This document shows positions 1 through 12,990 of a DNA stretch of 64,000 nucleotides, one piece after another. Location of the stretch: positions 2,777,659 through 2,841,658 of the forward strand of contig OZ316895.1 of the NCBI GenBank assembly GCA_973895155.1, in the 5' to 3' direction. Each line of letters opens with the position of its first letter. The first letter of the stretch is position 1. Below the pieces are notes generated by a model. That model ran no database searches, was not told the DNA's origin, and worked only from the letters and a program-made list of their open reading frames with translations. The translations under genes and the position numbers were made by a program. This DNA comes from Marsupella aquatica (lineage: Eukaryota; Plantae; Marchantiophyta).

Positions 1-3000
1 AGAGAATAATCTATGAACAGAAGTAGCAGCGAGCTCCTTCTCTCCTCTCTTGAAACATAACAAACCAACCCTTCCCCATATCTCGGTTATGACTGTTCTT
101 CAATGGTTTTGTCACGCGATTCAAATTCTCTATATATTTATCCATCTTCTGACTCATTTAGCAGAGAGGGCTTGGTTGACGCTGCTGTCTGAAAGCTATC
201 CCTGTACACAACCTAAAATGTGGGTACACTTGGTGTGTTTAAATTCATGGGGAATAATGGAGTGATCCACATGAGTCGATTAGTCGATTAGTAGTCATTT
301 GGAGCAAATTTGGGAAAAGCTTGTGTAGCATAAAACTTCCCTCTGTTTATGAAGTTATGAGAAGCAAATGGACCAACTCTGGAGCAAAGAACAAAGGGTA
401 GACCAAGCACCCAAACATGGTCCCGCATCCATGCTTCTTCACAGAATAATTAACTCGAAATTTTACAATCCCAAAAAATGTGTACTCTGTTCCCATCACA
501 CAGGCCACAGTAGAGTGCTTGCTGGTGAGCTTTAGTCAGAAATCATGATAGTTCAAACCTCAGAGACGTACTGTAATCTATTGAACTCAATTCTCAGCCA
601 CAAACCTCACCAAACACTTTTCATAATTATAAGTCACATATATCCATCTGACTGCGGAGAATGTCGTCATTCTTCACAGATCCTTTGCCAGAGCGCGTTC
701 GTTCGTTATGTACGTTACTTGTACTGCCACGAACTGCGTCGTCAATGACCTCACCATCAGGCAAGCAACAACACCAATGTCCTCAACATCAGGCAAAGCA
801 ACAGCACCAGTTAGTTATTCCCGGCAACCAGAGTCCTCGACCAACCGAAAGAAGGGTACAGTACAGAAGTACTCAGCTCCTTCCTCCACTTCGATCGGAA
901 ACTGGGAAAGAACAAGACAGTGCTTTGCTCCTTTGTCCATTTCGCTCGGAAGGTTGGAATGCAGACCATGCCAACTAGAAGTGGAGTGGTGGTAGTGATG
1001 GACATTCGTGGAACTCGTGAACTCAGCAGCTTCCGGTGAAGCCCACCCATCCACTCACAACGCTCATGACACCAACGGAAGGACTATAGCAAGTACGATT
1101 CACCTCACCACGTGGGAGTTCCATGTGTGATGCGACAACTTCTGTCTGTACGATTACTCGTAGAAGAGTGTTTCGTTTGGTGGCTTGTGTAGAACGGGAG
1201 GTGCGGAGCAAGTTGAGGAAACCCCGACAATCGGATGTGTAGTGAGGCCTTTCTTGTACCCTGTCTTCCCTTCAGGACCTAAAGAGATTTCCGGACAGGT
1301 TTTTGCTTAGCGTTGTTGCGTCACGTGGTGGGAAGGGCAAAAGGAGAGGATTGGATTTGATTGTCTTGGGTTGGGCTGTGGGGACAAAGCATGTAGGTGG
1401 TGAGGGACAGATGCACATTAAAAGGAACCGGAGAGCTGTGATCATAGGATGTTCAGTGTGCTGCTTTGGATTCCAACCCAGAGAAGGCGTTACTAGTCTG
1501 GAGCGAGGTACCAGGAGCGCAATGTCGGAGAAGACCAGGCCTCGGTGCGAGTGTCCATGTCGTGTCGTCGAAATCTCTGCCACAACACAGCAGAGGATGG
1601 GGTTCTCAGACTAACTCCTGTTGAAATTTATCCTCTGTTGGATGTTTGCCCCAGAGAATGGTTACCTCACGGGCGACAAGGACATTGTCACAATTCTTCT
1701 GTGATGGAGTGGCCACCCGCTTGACCATATAAGTTGTTTTGAGACTGAATCTGACAAGCCCAGCTGCAAAGTTGTTTCATTGCTAGGAGGGAGCGTTATC
1801 ATCTGGGCCAGATGCAAAATTGTAATGGAATCATCTTGAGTTGTGCAATTGCACGGGAATTGTGAATTCACAGCAAAGAAAAACAGGAAATTTGTCTATC
1901 CTGCGGCTGCGGTTGTTAGGTAGCACAGGGACACTGCACGGCTGAAAGGGATCGCCACTGCACATATACCGAGCTGCAAACGCTGAATGGCATTAGGTTC
2001 GGAGTTCCGACTGGAGATTGTCTTTACCCTGCTTTTCTGATGTTCTGGGATTGCCAGTGCGCATTGAGAGGTGTTCCCATCCACGAGACGAGACTTCACC
2101 CGAGTCGTTTTCCTTCAACCAATGGACTTGGCTGGAAGACAGGTTTGTGGTGTTGAGGAAGTTTCGAGAATGAATGCAGGGATCGAAAGTGACTTTTTCG
2201 TGATCTAAAATCGAGTCAAGGTTTTCAAATTCGATATTCGCGCCATCATCAACTTCCTTACAGCTGCATTGGCAGTACAGGCCAGCGAGAGGGCTTGAAC
2301 TGACACTCGACAAGCTCACGATTCCAATGATAGGGCGGACGGAATGCTCTGCTTGAAGAAGCTCCCACGAGACGAGTTTTTCATCACAGTCTAGGATACC
2401 GCTGGTGAGTGTCCACGCGTCTCATGTAGACACTTGTCTTTGCTCCTATACTTTTCTTTCTGTATCAAGTTAGGATTCTCGACGAGCAGTGATGTTGTTT
2501 CTGTTGTGACCAAAGAAATGGCATTTACATCTCCTCATCAGCCTATGCAAACTCACTTCGGTCTTCTATCAGCAGAAGGCATGCCAAAGTTTTTACTTAT
2601 TTTTGTAGTAGTCCTAAAGCAAATGTACCTCAGAGCGTAGTTTGTAGGGTTAAGGGGACACATTCTGCACTATGTCCGGATCGCCGTCTCGGACTGATTC
2701 TGTATAGGAACTTGCTGTCAAATTTTCGTATTTGCTGGTCTATTGCCATACCATTGAGCGTTGCTTTGAAGACGGCACAATGATCAACTGATATTAATTC
2801 TATTTGGCATGGAATTGTTTGCCGATTTACGTTCATGTTCTGACTACAATAAGTCGACCTAGTATTGAACAAAGTCCAAGACTAAGAGAGGATTCTTACA
2901 GCCTTCTCAAGTGGTCAATTAATCCCCATTTCTGCAAATGTCTCAACGAGGGGTTCTGGAATTCAATTGCTTAACCATCTCATCTTCTGCGCATTCAGAA

Positions 3001-3217
3001 GTGAAAGGTTTTTATGTATTCAGGACCCGAAGCGTTAGCAGAAAGTAAAACGAGAAATGCAGATCAAATGTGGTTGGTGTATGATCGAACACTGTCTGTT
3101 TCTCATCTCTTTCATGGTGTAGAAATAGAACCTTCCTTGTTCTCTCGTTTCTCTTGAGCTATGTTGCCCCTATCCTAATGCTTGAGTTCTACGCTTTTAG
3201 CTGCCGAGCCTGCAACC

Positions 3218-4726
3218 ATGTGCCCAAGGAATGCAGCCAAACAGTACGAGCTGCTCGGGTTGGAGCGAGATGCAAGCGAGACAGCAGATCCCGAGGAGGC
3301 ACTTCTGGCGGAGAGCAAGGGGGAGGTCAAATGCATGAAAGCTAACAACTGGGGGCGCATAACCGGATGCAGACTTATGGATGGTGCTGCCCACGAGGAG
3401 CGGTCATCGGCCACCACTAAGATCACGAGAGCGCTAGCTATATGTCTATTGTTCATGTTGTTGGAAATAGTGGGTGGCTATTTTGCCGGCAGTCTCGCTG
3501 TTCTTGCAGATGCGGCGCACTTGCTGTCGGATGTGGCTGGGTTCGCAATCTCGCTCTTGGCCTTGAGAGCAGCTGGATGGTTGGCTACTCCAAAACAGAC
3601 ATTTGGCTACTTCCGGCTCGAAGTTCTGGGCGCTTTGGTTTCTGTCCAGATCATCTGGGTGATGACGGGAGTTATTCTTTATGAGGCGTCTCGAAGACTC
3701 TATCGTGGGATTCACATCGTAGATGGCCGTCTGATGTTCTGCGTTGCTTGCGTTGGGCTCGTTCTGAATTTCATTATGATCTTCATTCTGGGCCATACAC
3801 ATGACCACAGTGATGCTTCACACTGGCATGGGCATGGGCACGGGCTCTGCCAGTCTGGACACGATGAACGTACTCAAAATCATGACTATGAACATTTGGA
3901 TGATCTAGAAGATGGACATAGTCAGGGGCCGAAATCAGGATGCTGCAATAACAACCATAAACACAGACATGGGAATCACCTGCATCACAATGGGCATGAG
4001 GAGAAGAGTCACACTCACTTCGTAGAGGTGGAATTGAGTCATAATAGTGGCACAGCAGGGCATGGAGATTGTGTTGGCGTCCACGGCCATGATGAGGACA
4101 ACTCCGGGCAAAAGGCGGGTTCAACTGAGAAACGTGTAGCGATCTTGAGTGAGGAAGAATATGACCTTGGTGCCGCCTCTGAGACGGTCCATTTGTCAGG
4201 GCTGAGTGGAGAGCAGGCATTTGAAGATGAGATTCAAGAAGGGTTGAAGAACTCAAGAGTCCTCAATATCAACGTGCGGGGAGCTTACCTGCATGCCCTG
4301 GGAGATTTGATACAGAATATAGGAGTTCTCATAACAGGAATAGTGATCTGGCTCAGACCAGAGTGGCAATTCATTGATCTCATCTGCTCTGTCATCTTCT
4401 CCTTTGTAGTTCTCATGACTACCATGAGAATGTTGAAAGATATTTTGTGGGTATTGATGGAGAGTCCTCCTAGAGACCTGGATGTGGAAATGCTGAACAG
4501 CGGCTTGCTACAAATATCTGGAATATCTGGTGTCCTGGACCTTCATGTGTGGGCTCTTACCCCAGGAACGAACCTTCTGTCCTGCCATGTTGAGATCAAT
4601 CCAGGAGCTGTAGCCAGAAAGGTTCTTCACGACGCCACTGAGTATTGTTACAGTCTTCACCAAATTAAACATGTAACAATCCAGATAGAAGAATCAACTT
4701 TACATCTTGACCAGAGAACTCTCTAG
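3218..4726 (+). CDS. Cation diffusion facilitator, Zn-CDF (MTP1/MTP3-like) metal tolerance protein, intronless CDS, ~502 aa
   Basis: ORF 3182..4726, first ATG at 3218 just after a tttttag-like acceptor at ~3200 (probable 5'UTR intron). Contains SLAVLADAAHLLSDVAGF (TM2 HxxxD), QTFGYFRLEVLGALVS, a His-rich loop, NINVRGAYLHALGD (TM5 HxxxD), and DLHVWALT...HVTIQIE at the C-terminus. Confidence 0.95.
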   Translation: MCPRNAAKQYELLGLERDASETADPEEALLAESKGEVKCMKANNWGRITGCRLMDGAAHEERSSATTKITRALAICLLFMLLEIVGGYFAGSLAVLADAAHLLSDVAGFAISLLALRAAGWLATPKQTFGYFRLEVLGALVSVQIIWVMTGVILYEASRRLYRGIHIVDGRLMFCVACVGLVLNFIMIFILGHTHDHSDASHWHGHGHGLCQSGHDERTQNHDYEHLDDLEDGHSQGPKSGCCNNNHKHRHGNHLHHNGHEEKSHTHFVEVELSHNSGTAGHGDCVGVHGHDEDNSGQKAGSTEKRVAILSEEEYDLGAASETVHLSGLSGEQAFEDEIQEGLKNSRVLNINVRGAYLHALGDLIQNIGVLITGIVIWLRPEWQFIDLICSVIFSFVVLMTTMRMLKDILWVLMESPPRDLDVEMLNSGLLQISGISGVLDLHVWALTPGTNLLSCHVEINPGAVARKVLHDATEYCYSLHQIKHVTIQIEESTLHLDQRTL

Positions 4727-6776
4727 GTTGGCCATCTATTTCAGATTATGAGCCTTCGCATAAGGTTTTCTTCAGGGTTGTAGCTTTTTTAACTGCTCAA
4801 GCTTGCCAATTTTTGTACAGATAACTGGCTGTCTTGAGCTGATAGGTCCACTTACGGTCGAAATTCAACCTTCGAAATCATTTCGATTTTAAAGTGTAAA
4901 TCGTGGTGCGAGGATCGAGCGCAGAACCTGGTTGCGAGCTTAAAGAAGCGGCAGGTCTCTGGATTCCAACGTCTAAGCCTTGGTCTTTGTATTTTCCTTC
5001 ATTGGAGGCCGAATCCTCGATGGGCCAGAAGTACAACCCATTGACTCATCACACTTTCAAATGTCAAGCTCCTCCTTATCAACTGACTTCACGAAAGTGA
5101 AAGCTGGTGAAAACTGGAGTCGAAAAGTCGATTTCTGTGATTGGGAGGATTCCAAACGGGAGAAAGTTCCCGTCTATGTTCTCTTTGGCTTTTCAAAATC
5201 TACGTAAGTTCTGTTTGGCTTGGCAGTATCTACTTAATCCAATCCGCCTGATTCCATAATGTTGAAACATTTACTTGAAAGTGGAAGCTCGGATGGACAC
5301 AACACAAACTATCGGTGTGATTCTCAAATAGAGACACCAATAATACATGGACACAAATGAAATGTTCAAACTTTTTCACATAGCATGTTTTACACTTACG
5401 TTAGCATGCATTTGACTCTGAACATACATGTTTACACTTATCTTAACATTCACTTGACTGGGAGTAGAAGGTTTGGAGTGGATTCTTCTTCTCTTCATCC
5501 ATTAGGCGCCACTCTCATTCAACTGAAGGGATTAGTTCCCCTTGGTTACCATGTACATACTTTAAGCTTTTGGGACTATAGTGACTGCATATGGAGTTCG
5601 TGTGTCCACCACTCCAGTTCCATTTGGTTCGGTCCCTTCAGGAACTTGTCTGTTTTGCTTCGTTTGGCCTTGAGGTATTTTGGTGCACTAATTGGGGAAG
5701 CCGACACCGAGGTTTTCATCAGCACAAAATCATCTAGGTTTAGCACCTAGCCATCCCCAGCGGTGTTCGTTTCAAGGTTGGACTTAGATTCTGGAGGTAA
5801 AATGTTATTTGGGAGTGGGGTTACAGTCAAAAAGCAGGCCACCGTTCCTTCCAATCAGATACGCGTTTTACATTTCTCCTTTCTCAATATTAGGACTATC
5901 CCGTCGTCAACGACTGTTCTTTGTCATTTCCTGAGTTGTGGCCAGGACTTCACTTACCACAGTACCATTTATCCATACCTCTCCGCAGAAGTTTTTTCAC
6001 ACGATTGAGAACCTGTCGCCCCCCTACAACCTGAATTCATTGACTTTCAAACAAACTTACGATTCCTAAATAATTAAGCTGCACCTGTATCTTAGTGAGT
6101 ATATTCAGTAAGTCGAGGGAAACCTATATCTTCCTAGTCTTGGAAGGAGCATACAAGATATACCTAATTATGTAGAGCTGTCTTTCATGTTTGAGTACAT
6201 GAATGACAGCCCTTGTAGGAAAAAACAGTCCTGCCATAAAACCTTATTCAAGGAAACCTTCTCGCTCATCCAATTTGGAAGTCATAAGTTTAGGGTTTGG
6301 GGTTTAGGAATTAGGGTTGAGAGCCTCAAGTCTTTGAAAGTCACAATCTGCTGAAAGTCTACAAAAGAGCGTACGAAAACTGCCTCAGACCCTGGAGAAA
6401 AGTAGAGAATTCTTCCAGAATAACCTCAATCATAACATCGGATACCAGAATCTCTCCAAGCGCAGAACAACGATCCATTATGAACAGGTGTTCTGGTGTA
6501 ATTTTGAGTACTCCACGCTGAGATAAGAAGACCCTCTCTCTACCCTCTCTCTAGAAAGGTTTGGCAATTGCTTTGTCCACAATCCAATCTAGGCTCCTGA
6601 TCTCAATATCTTCAATTGGGAAAAAACGGGACAAGGCATTTGCCAGAACTAAAACTGATCCGAATCACAACAGGGGAAGACAATTTCAAGGCAGAACCCA
6701 GTGTCCGCCTTGTCAAATGTGTGCACAGGAATCTCCTGTAAAAACAGTTGGTCCACGCACCATCTCTGCAGAGCAG

Positions 6777-8346
6777 TCAGTGCACAATATCGCCGATGTA
6801 GTATTCTTCCAGTCGCTCGTATGCCCATACAGGATGCTGAGGCCTGCACATTGGTCACGGCACAGTATCAGCACAATGTTAAATACCATGGTGCTGATAT
6901 ACCATTTAAACACTGAAGTGCGAGATAAAGGGAGCCTCTCAACGACTAAAATCATAACCCACAAAAAGGCCATTACAAAACCCTGGATATAGGGAGAGCA
7001 TTGGGTTGGACGACTCAAGATAGAAATAAGACCCACGGGGTAAAGTCTTGGATTGATAAAATAGCGAAGTCTATGAGATTACTTTTGGAATGAGAGAAAC
7101 AGACTGGCTCAACTGTTGTATATTCACTACATAATCTAGAAGGTCGAATGTGAAGGAGACAACTGGACTTAAAATCACTGTTGACGCCAAATGGTACGCT
7201 ATTTGTGGAATTATCACTATCGCAGAAGTAGAAATCTGGAAAATCTGCATTCCCGGTACGGGATTACTCATGAGGCAAAGCTGGCACGCCATGATAGGCA
7301 ATCCCAACCGACGATAGAAACTAGGATAATGATCATTCTGTCAGACACAGGGAAGTTCTCTGTCGATTAGTCCCTAGACCATTATCAACTTCCTTGCAAT
7401 CGAGCCAAAATGTCACGAACGGGCAGTGGAAGCTCCACTGAAGATGGATTGTTCATGATAGTCACCTCCCGGGAAATGCACCCTAAATCCATGGAAGTTC
7501 GGATACCCGACGTATCTTCTAAAAAGACTCGACATCCACAACTACATGCCAAGTTCTAGTTGAAATTTATCGGGAGACATTCAAAGACGGAACTTGATGA
7601 CAAAGATTCTCACCCATAGAAGCCCTTGGTATTCTCCCCTCCAGCATTGTTTAAAATAGCCGGACCTCCCGGATGGTCGTTAACATAAGACGACACATCA
7701 TACACCTGCCGGTGAATACAATGTGGTGAATTTAAGTCATCAGATCTACCCAGACGAGAGAAGAACCAAGATAGCCAAGAAGAGAGAGACTTAAGAGGTA
7801 ATCCCAAATAAAATCAGAGAACAAAAATTAGAAATAGTGCATGCAACTTCACCTTATTTTTCACAATTAGCCAACAGTCCGACTCTGCATTATGCTTTGC
7901 CACCTCCTCAACAGTGAGCTTCATGGCCGTCTGCACCATGAATAAATACAAGCCATTGTCAAGATGGTTAATATCAGCACGCTATTCTAGCTGTGCGAAC
8001 CCTGCTCCGTCAACTAACGCTGATCCAGTGCAAGAAACAGAAAAAGTGAATAGGAGGGGGGGGGGGAGGGAGGGGGCTTCATGTTTTGGGTAATCTGCAC
8101 CTTGACATCTGCATTTACTGTCTCCGATTTCTTCACTTCTGCTTTCCGAGCCTCTGCAAATTTAAGCCACCGTAGCATCACAACACTGCTAAATTCGGCC
8201 ACAAAATCCTAAAGCTCGTCAAAAGGAGGGTGGCAACAAATGCAAGAACAACAAGACTTACGATAGTAGGCAGGAAACAAGACCACAATCGAAAGCCCCA
8301 CTGCCAGAAAGATCGCGATCAAAATCGAGAAAAAGATGTTCTCCAT
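6777..8346 (-). CDS. Cytochrome b5-like protein with N-terminal TM anchor (CB5LP type), 124 aa; exons 8262-8346, 8101-8153, 7853-7930, 7614-7705, 6777-6843
   Basis: All introns GT-AG and frame-consistent. Spliced protein: MENIFFSILIAIFLAVGLSIVVLFP...EVAKHNAESDCWLIVKNKVYDVSSYVNDHPGGPAILNNAGGENTKGFYGPQHPVWAYERLEEYYIGDIVH. Heme-binding HPGG motif present. Confidence 0.92.
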
Positions 8347-9844
8347 CTCCCCCACGTGGACCGCTGCGCATTGGTTTGTACGTCCTTCTCCTGTTTGAGA
8401 ACGATTCGATCATTCAGAAACCCTGCGGAACTGGATTGGGAATAAGTTGCCGGCAACGAGACTCTGAACAAAGAATCGTTGTTGTTCGGCTCCGCCTTAT
8501 TCTATTCGTTAAGGGCAGACTCCAGAATGCATTGTGGAACAAATTACCCCACAAGGTTGGAAAGTGTTTCCAAATTCTGTCTAATCATCAATGTCTAGCT
8601 CCGTTTGATTGAGGCTAATCGAGAAGTGGCTCCAGTGGGAGCTTTCAAAGCCAGCTCGTCAGACGTCGTACACTCGCCACCCGCCTTCAGGATGCGGGCT
8701 CAAGCAGTCTCAGTAAACCGGAGAGCAGCAACCTGTAAGAAGGGAGGTCATACAGCCTCGTATCATCCGTCCCAGTACCAACAATCACAGCAGTTTTGTC
8801 CTCCTGGACAACATCAGACGATCCAGCGCAGGGGTGAGTCCATGTCAACAATGATAACACAGTGAATCGCCGTCAGAAGACAGCATTCTCATCCAACTAT
8901 AAAGTTTTTGAGGGGCCTTGTTTCATGCTTCGTAAATGACACTTGCACCAACATAGAACCCTAAAACCCCGCGACCATTGCAATTCAAGCACTTAGAGTG
9001 GTCGACCTTGCCGTTCATGTACCGATCAAGACGGGACAGAGATAAAGGAGGCCAGTTGGTCTTGCTAATAAAGTCTTTTCAATACATTCAACAACATTGA
9101 AGGGAGCATCCGTTCTTCTGACGAGGAACCTGGAGAGCTACACGAACAAAAATTCCGTTCACATCGAAAGCAAAGCTACTTAGGGTTTCTTTTTGTGCAG
9201 TCCGAGGCTCAGAAAAATATTTACCGAAATTCACATCGAAGACAACGGAGGGCTTGAAGATGGGCCGTTTCATCAGGTATAAAAGTTTGAGTTCATGATG
9301 TACCTTCACCAGAAGCTTAAGGCACACATTGTTGCTCTTTGGTGCTGTACGCTTAGTCTTCTTGTTACGCCCTCTGGCTTTCAAGTCTATACCCTGTGCA
9401 GAGCCATGAAATCACACTCAAATGACGAGAACAAGAGAGAGACCGACTCAGCCAAAACCTTGTCCAGCCCCTACAGTCTGGACTTTCCTTTCCTCCCCAC
9501 AAAAATGATGACAACCAGCCCCATTCAACACATGTGGTTTGTTGAGAAACAATGTGGTAGAAACCCCTATAATCATGACTCAACTGAACAGACTTGGTGG
9601 TTGAAATGCTTATAGTTGTTGTTCACCCAGTTTGGTTCTAGTATCCAAAATTTCACTTTAGACAAACCTCTACAAGGACATCTGATTGAGGGGGTTGAGT
9701 TTGTAAAAAAGTTTAATGGGTGCTGATCAAGGAAAATTTGTTTGGCAGGGGCCCATCAAGCACACCCCTCCACATAGATAGCTTCCAACAGTGATAGAGT
9801 AGTATACTTTTTGAAGGTGCTATACTATTTATGGTGAAATCCAC

Positions 9845-10390
9845 CTTTCAGATTTTGTCTTGTTCAGATTTTTTGTGTCATGTATTTTTATTTCAATGTG
9901 CCTTATTAAGGGGCAGCTTTTGTATCATATACATTTTTAATTAATATGTAGACCCCTTTAATTTTAGGTATTCTAGAGTATTTTGAACTTATTTTGGCTT
10001 ATAACTTTTAATGTTTGTGATCTCTTAGAGATGAAACCTACAGGTCCACCACTTGAACAAAGTATTCTCATGAGTGAGAGAAATGATTCTGAATAACATG
10101 AGCACATCCTGTCTTAAGTTCCCCTCATGTCTTTCTTTCCTAAGTTTATGGTTTATATTGAAATAAGTGTCATTCATAAGGCACATTGAATTAAGTGCAC
10201 AAATAATAACATGGTTGTGTCATAAAAGTTGATTGTACTTTTCATTGGTCAGTGTGCTTTTCTTGGCAGGCACTTTAATTACATTATTTTATCCTTCTGG
10301 TTATGCTCTCATTTTTTATTTACTTTCATATGACTACAAGACAAAAAAAAGTCAAGCATACTCCAAGATGAACATGCTATATAGTCAAGG
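9845..10390 (+). repeat. Dispersed AT-rich repeat, copy A (probable non-autonomous TE remnant)
   Basis: Alignable in inverted orientation with ~34655-35258 (e.g. tttcagattttgtctt..ttttttgtgtcat; agagtattttgaacttattttggc; tctcatgagtgagagaaat; gatgaacatgct). Confidence 0.8.
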
Positions 10391-12886
10391 TATATGCTAG
10401 ATGGGACCCCTGGCAAAACGTTTTTACCTGATAGGACCCTTCAAAAGTTCTTGTAGCAATTCCTATTCCTATAATGAGTTTTGGTTTGATATTGTGACCA
10501 ACAATAACTACTGTAAATTGTATGGTCAAGTGTGCTTAAATCGCAAACTGCACAGTCGGAAACAAGGCCCAACCTTCGATGCATGATACATGGTTGGGAG
10601 AACCAGGAAATAGTGGCTGCCGGACAGTTTTGCAGACCGAAATAGTGGTTGTCGGACAGTTCTTTCATGATGTTTCCATTGTTTTCTTGGACGGTGCAAT
10701 TGTCTGTGCGTGCATAGCAGAAGGTAGTTTGCTTCCAACACAATGAGGGATGTGATACAACTTAGCTAGGTGCAATTATTGTTGGGTATGTAAAGACAAT
10801 ATTGTAAGAATATAGGCACTTCTAATGCAACTATGGATCAAATATTCATGACTATTAATGTATTGGACATGATCTCAGGCTCACTATTTAACATAATTCT
10901 TGATAGTTTGTATTACATTATACTAGGCAGAAACTTTAGGATGCAAAGCCATCCTATATTTGCAACTTTTTGTTCACTCAAAATGCATTCAAATGATCAG
11001 GAGGAAAGGAAAGTCCAGATGACATGGAAATCCATGACAAAACAATGATCACCCCTAAAATTAACAAGACGGAAGAAACACTATCAACCCTAATTGATCT
11101 CATGACATAAACCACAATGTCTTCACCAAACCACAATTAGTTCAAATACCCCTTAGTTATGTAAGCTTGTTTTATTGAATTATTTGGAGTCATGAAGGGT
11201 TGCACATTGGAATAGATAGATGAGAGGACAAGGATGAGAGAGGACAATGAAAATGATTGCAAGGTTAAGGAAACCATTTACAAGTCACAAGTGTAAACAA
11301 TGTTATGTGAATCCATTTAATTCTTCTGAACAAGTCCATCCAAGCTTTGCCAGTCCATCTGGATGGACTTTATAGTTATACAAAGTGGAGGTACATCCTA
11401 GCTTAGTTTCCACCTTAGTGCCCTGCTGCCCTGGGAGCAAATTTGTTTTTTAATTAATTAATACTTGCACGACGCTAGTCCCTAGTTACTACTATAGGTA
11501 CTGTAGGACCCGTTGCTGTCTCAGCTGTTCACACTGCAGGTGTCGGTCCTTCAATGGCTGGCGATCTCCTCGAACTTCAGCTCGTTTCGCGGCGTCTCCA
11601 CAAATCACTCAGACCCGAAATGCCACGGCTCCGGATGACAGTCCTCGTCAATTTCGATGCGAAAGTGCCACAGCCCAGATTGCTGTAGAATGTAAAATCA
11701 ATGCGTGAGGTCCTGAGGTGTTCCGGACTGTCTGTAGGATCCTATGCTCCAGTCTATGAGACTGTGCTGAAGAGGGCAGTCGAGGACCTACTGTAACGTG
11801 TGGCCGTCCTATGTGCAAATTATGCTTGTCTAGATTTCTTACTTTATGCACCGTACTTGGAAAGAACTTTCATTGTTTTCGAGGACGAGTGTGATTCCTT
11901 GCATGATGGCTCCACATAATTATGGGGGATTTTGTTTGTGCATCTTTCTCCGAGTTGTCAGTGCTCTATGCAAGGAGCTTTTCACGAAATCGGCCAGTGA
12001 TGGATGCATGGGCATGGATTGCTTTTAGCTTTGCAGGGCGTCAAAAGGTTGTGAATTATTGCACAGAAAGAATCGCAGGAAGTATCAGCCAGCAGAGTCC
12101 AGCCTCACTCGGTCCACCTTTCTGCTTCAGCTGACGCAAGCCTCCTGGCTTTGCTAGGAATGTGTCCATAGGGCTTCTATAGTCTCGTTTTAGGTGGGCA
12201 GGTGAAAATTCTCCGGACTCCAATTAGGCTGCGGTCAGTATGCATGACAAGCAGGAACCAAAACCTACAATCACAACTAGACTTCCAGCTCGATTATCTC
12301 ACCCTCAGAGGTGTACAATTCCCAGGACAACCATCGTTAAGGGAAAAAACTGAATTGATCTGTCGAGCAGTTTTCATAGAGAGGTACAACCAGACAAAGG
12401 AAAACCTAAACTATTCTATTCCATGGCTGAAAAGCATGACCGGGGGAGGAGCTCAAAAATCCACCTGCTCAAAGAAAGATACCAAGACCGACCTACTCTG
12501 TAAATGTCACCTAGCTGAATTCACCCAGAGCTAAGAGCAAATAGAAAACAGTAGTTGAATCTAGACATGTGCCCTCACTCCTCATCGTAGCTTGTAACCT
12601 AGAGATGTCCCAAGTCAACCGGGAGTCCAAGTCAGGGAAATCTACAAGCACACCAGAATATGTTTCAACACATTTCCCAAACGAGTCAAAAAGTGCCACC
12701 ATGTTTCGAACGAGGGCCTTGCCGTTGTTAACCAATGTTAGTCTCATCAATAGTAGATGATTGTTAAGCAATGACACCCACAAAACAAGTGAGGGAGAAC
12801 ATCCACCTGGGCTCAAACTTAAGCGGCACCGGCATCAGCTTTCTGTGAGGACTGAATTTTCGTCAGTAACAAAATGGGGGGATGGA

Positions 12887-12990
12887 ATTTCGAGAACCTG
12901 CAAAGAATAATCGAGGCTGTAGCTTCATTAATCAGCCCCCATTTCGAGAACCTGCAAAGAATAATCGAGGCTGTAGCTTCATTAATCAGC
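12887..12990. repeat. Perfect 50-bp direct duplication with 4-bp spacer
   Basis: atttcgagaacctgcaaagaataatcgaggctgtagcttcattaatcagc at 12887-12936 and 12941-12990. Confidence 0.95.

Noticed and set aside
545-2320. GC-richer region with short ORFs on both strands
   Set aside because: No recognisable domain. It may be 5'UTR/leader sequence but I cannot support a gene call.
8051-8077. G-rich run in the cytochrome b5 intron
   Set aside because: Simple low-complexity tract with no further evidence of function.
9097-9110. ttgaagggagc, partial match to miR159/319
   Set aside because: Only ~11 nt match and no complementary arm for a hairpin was seen.
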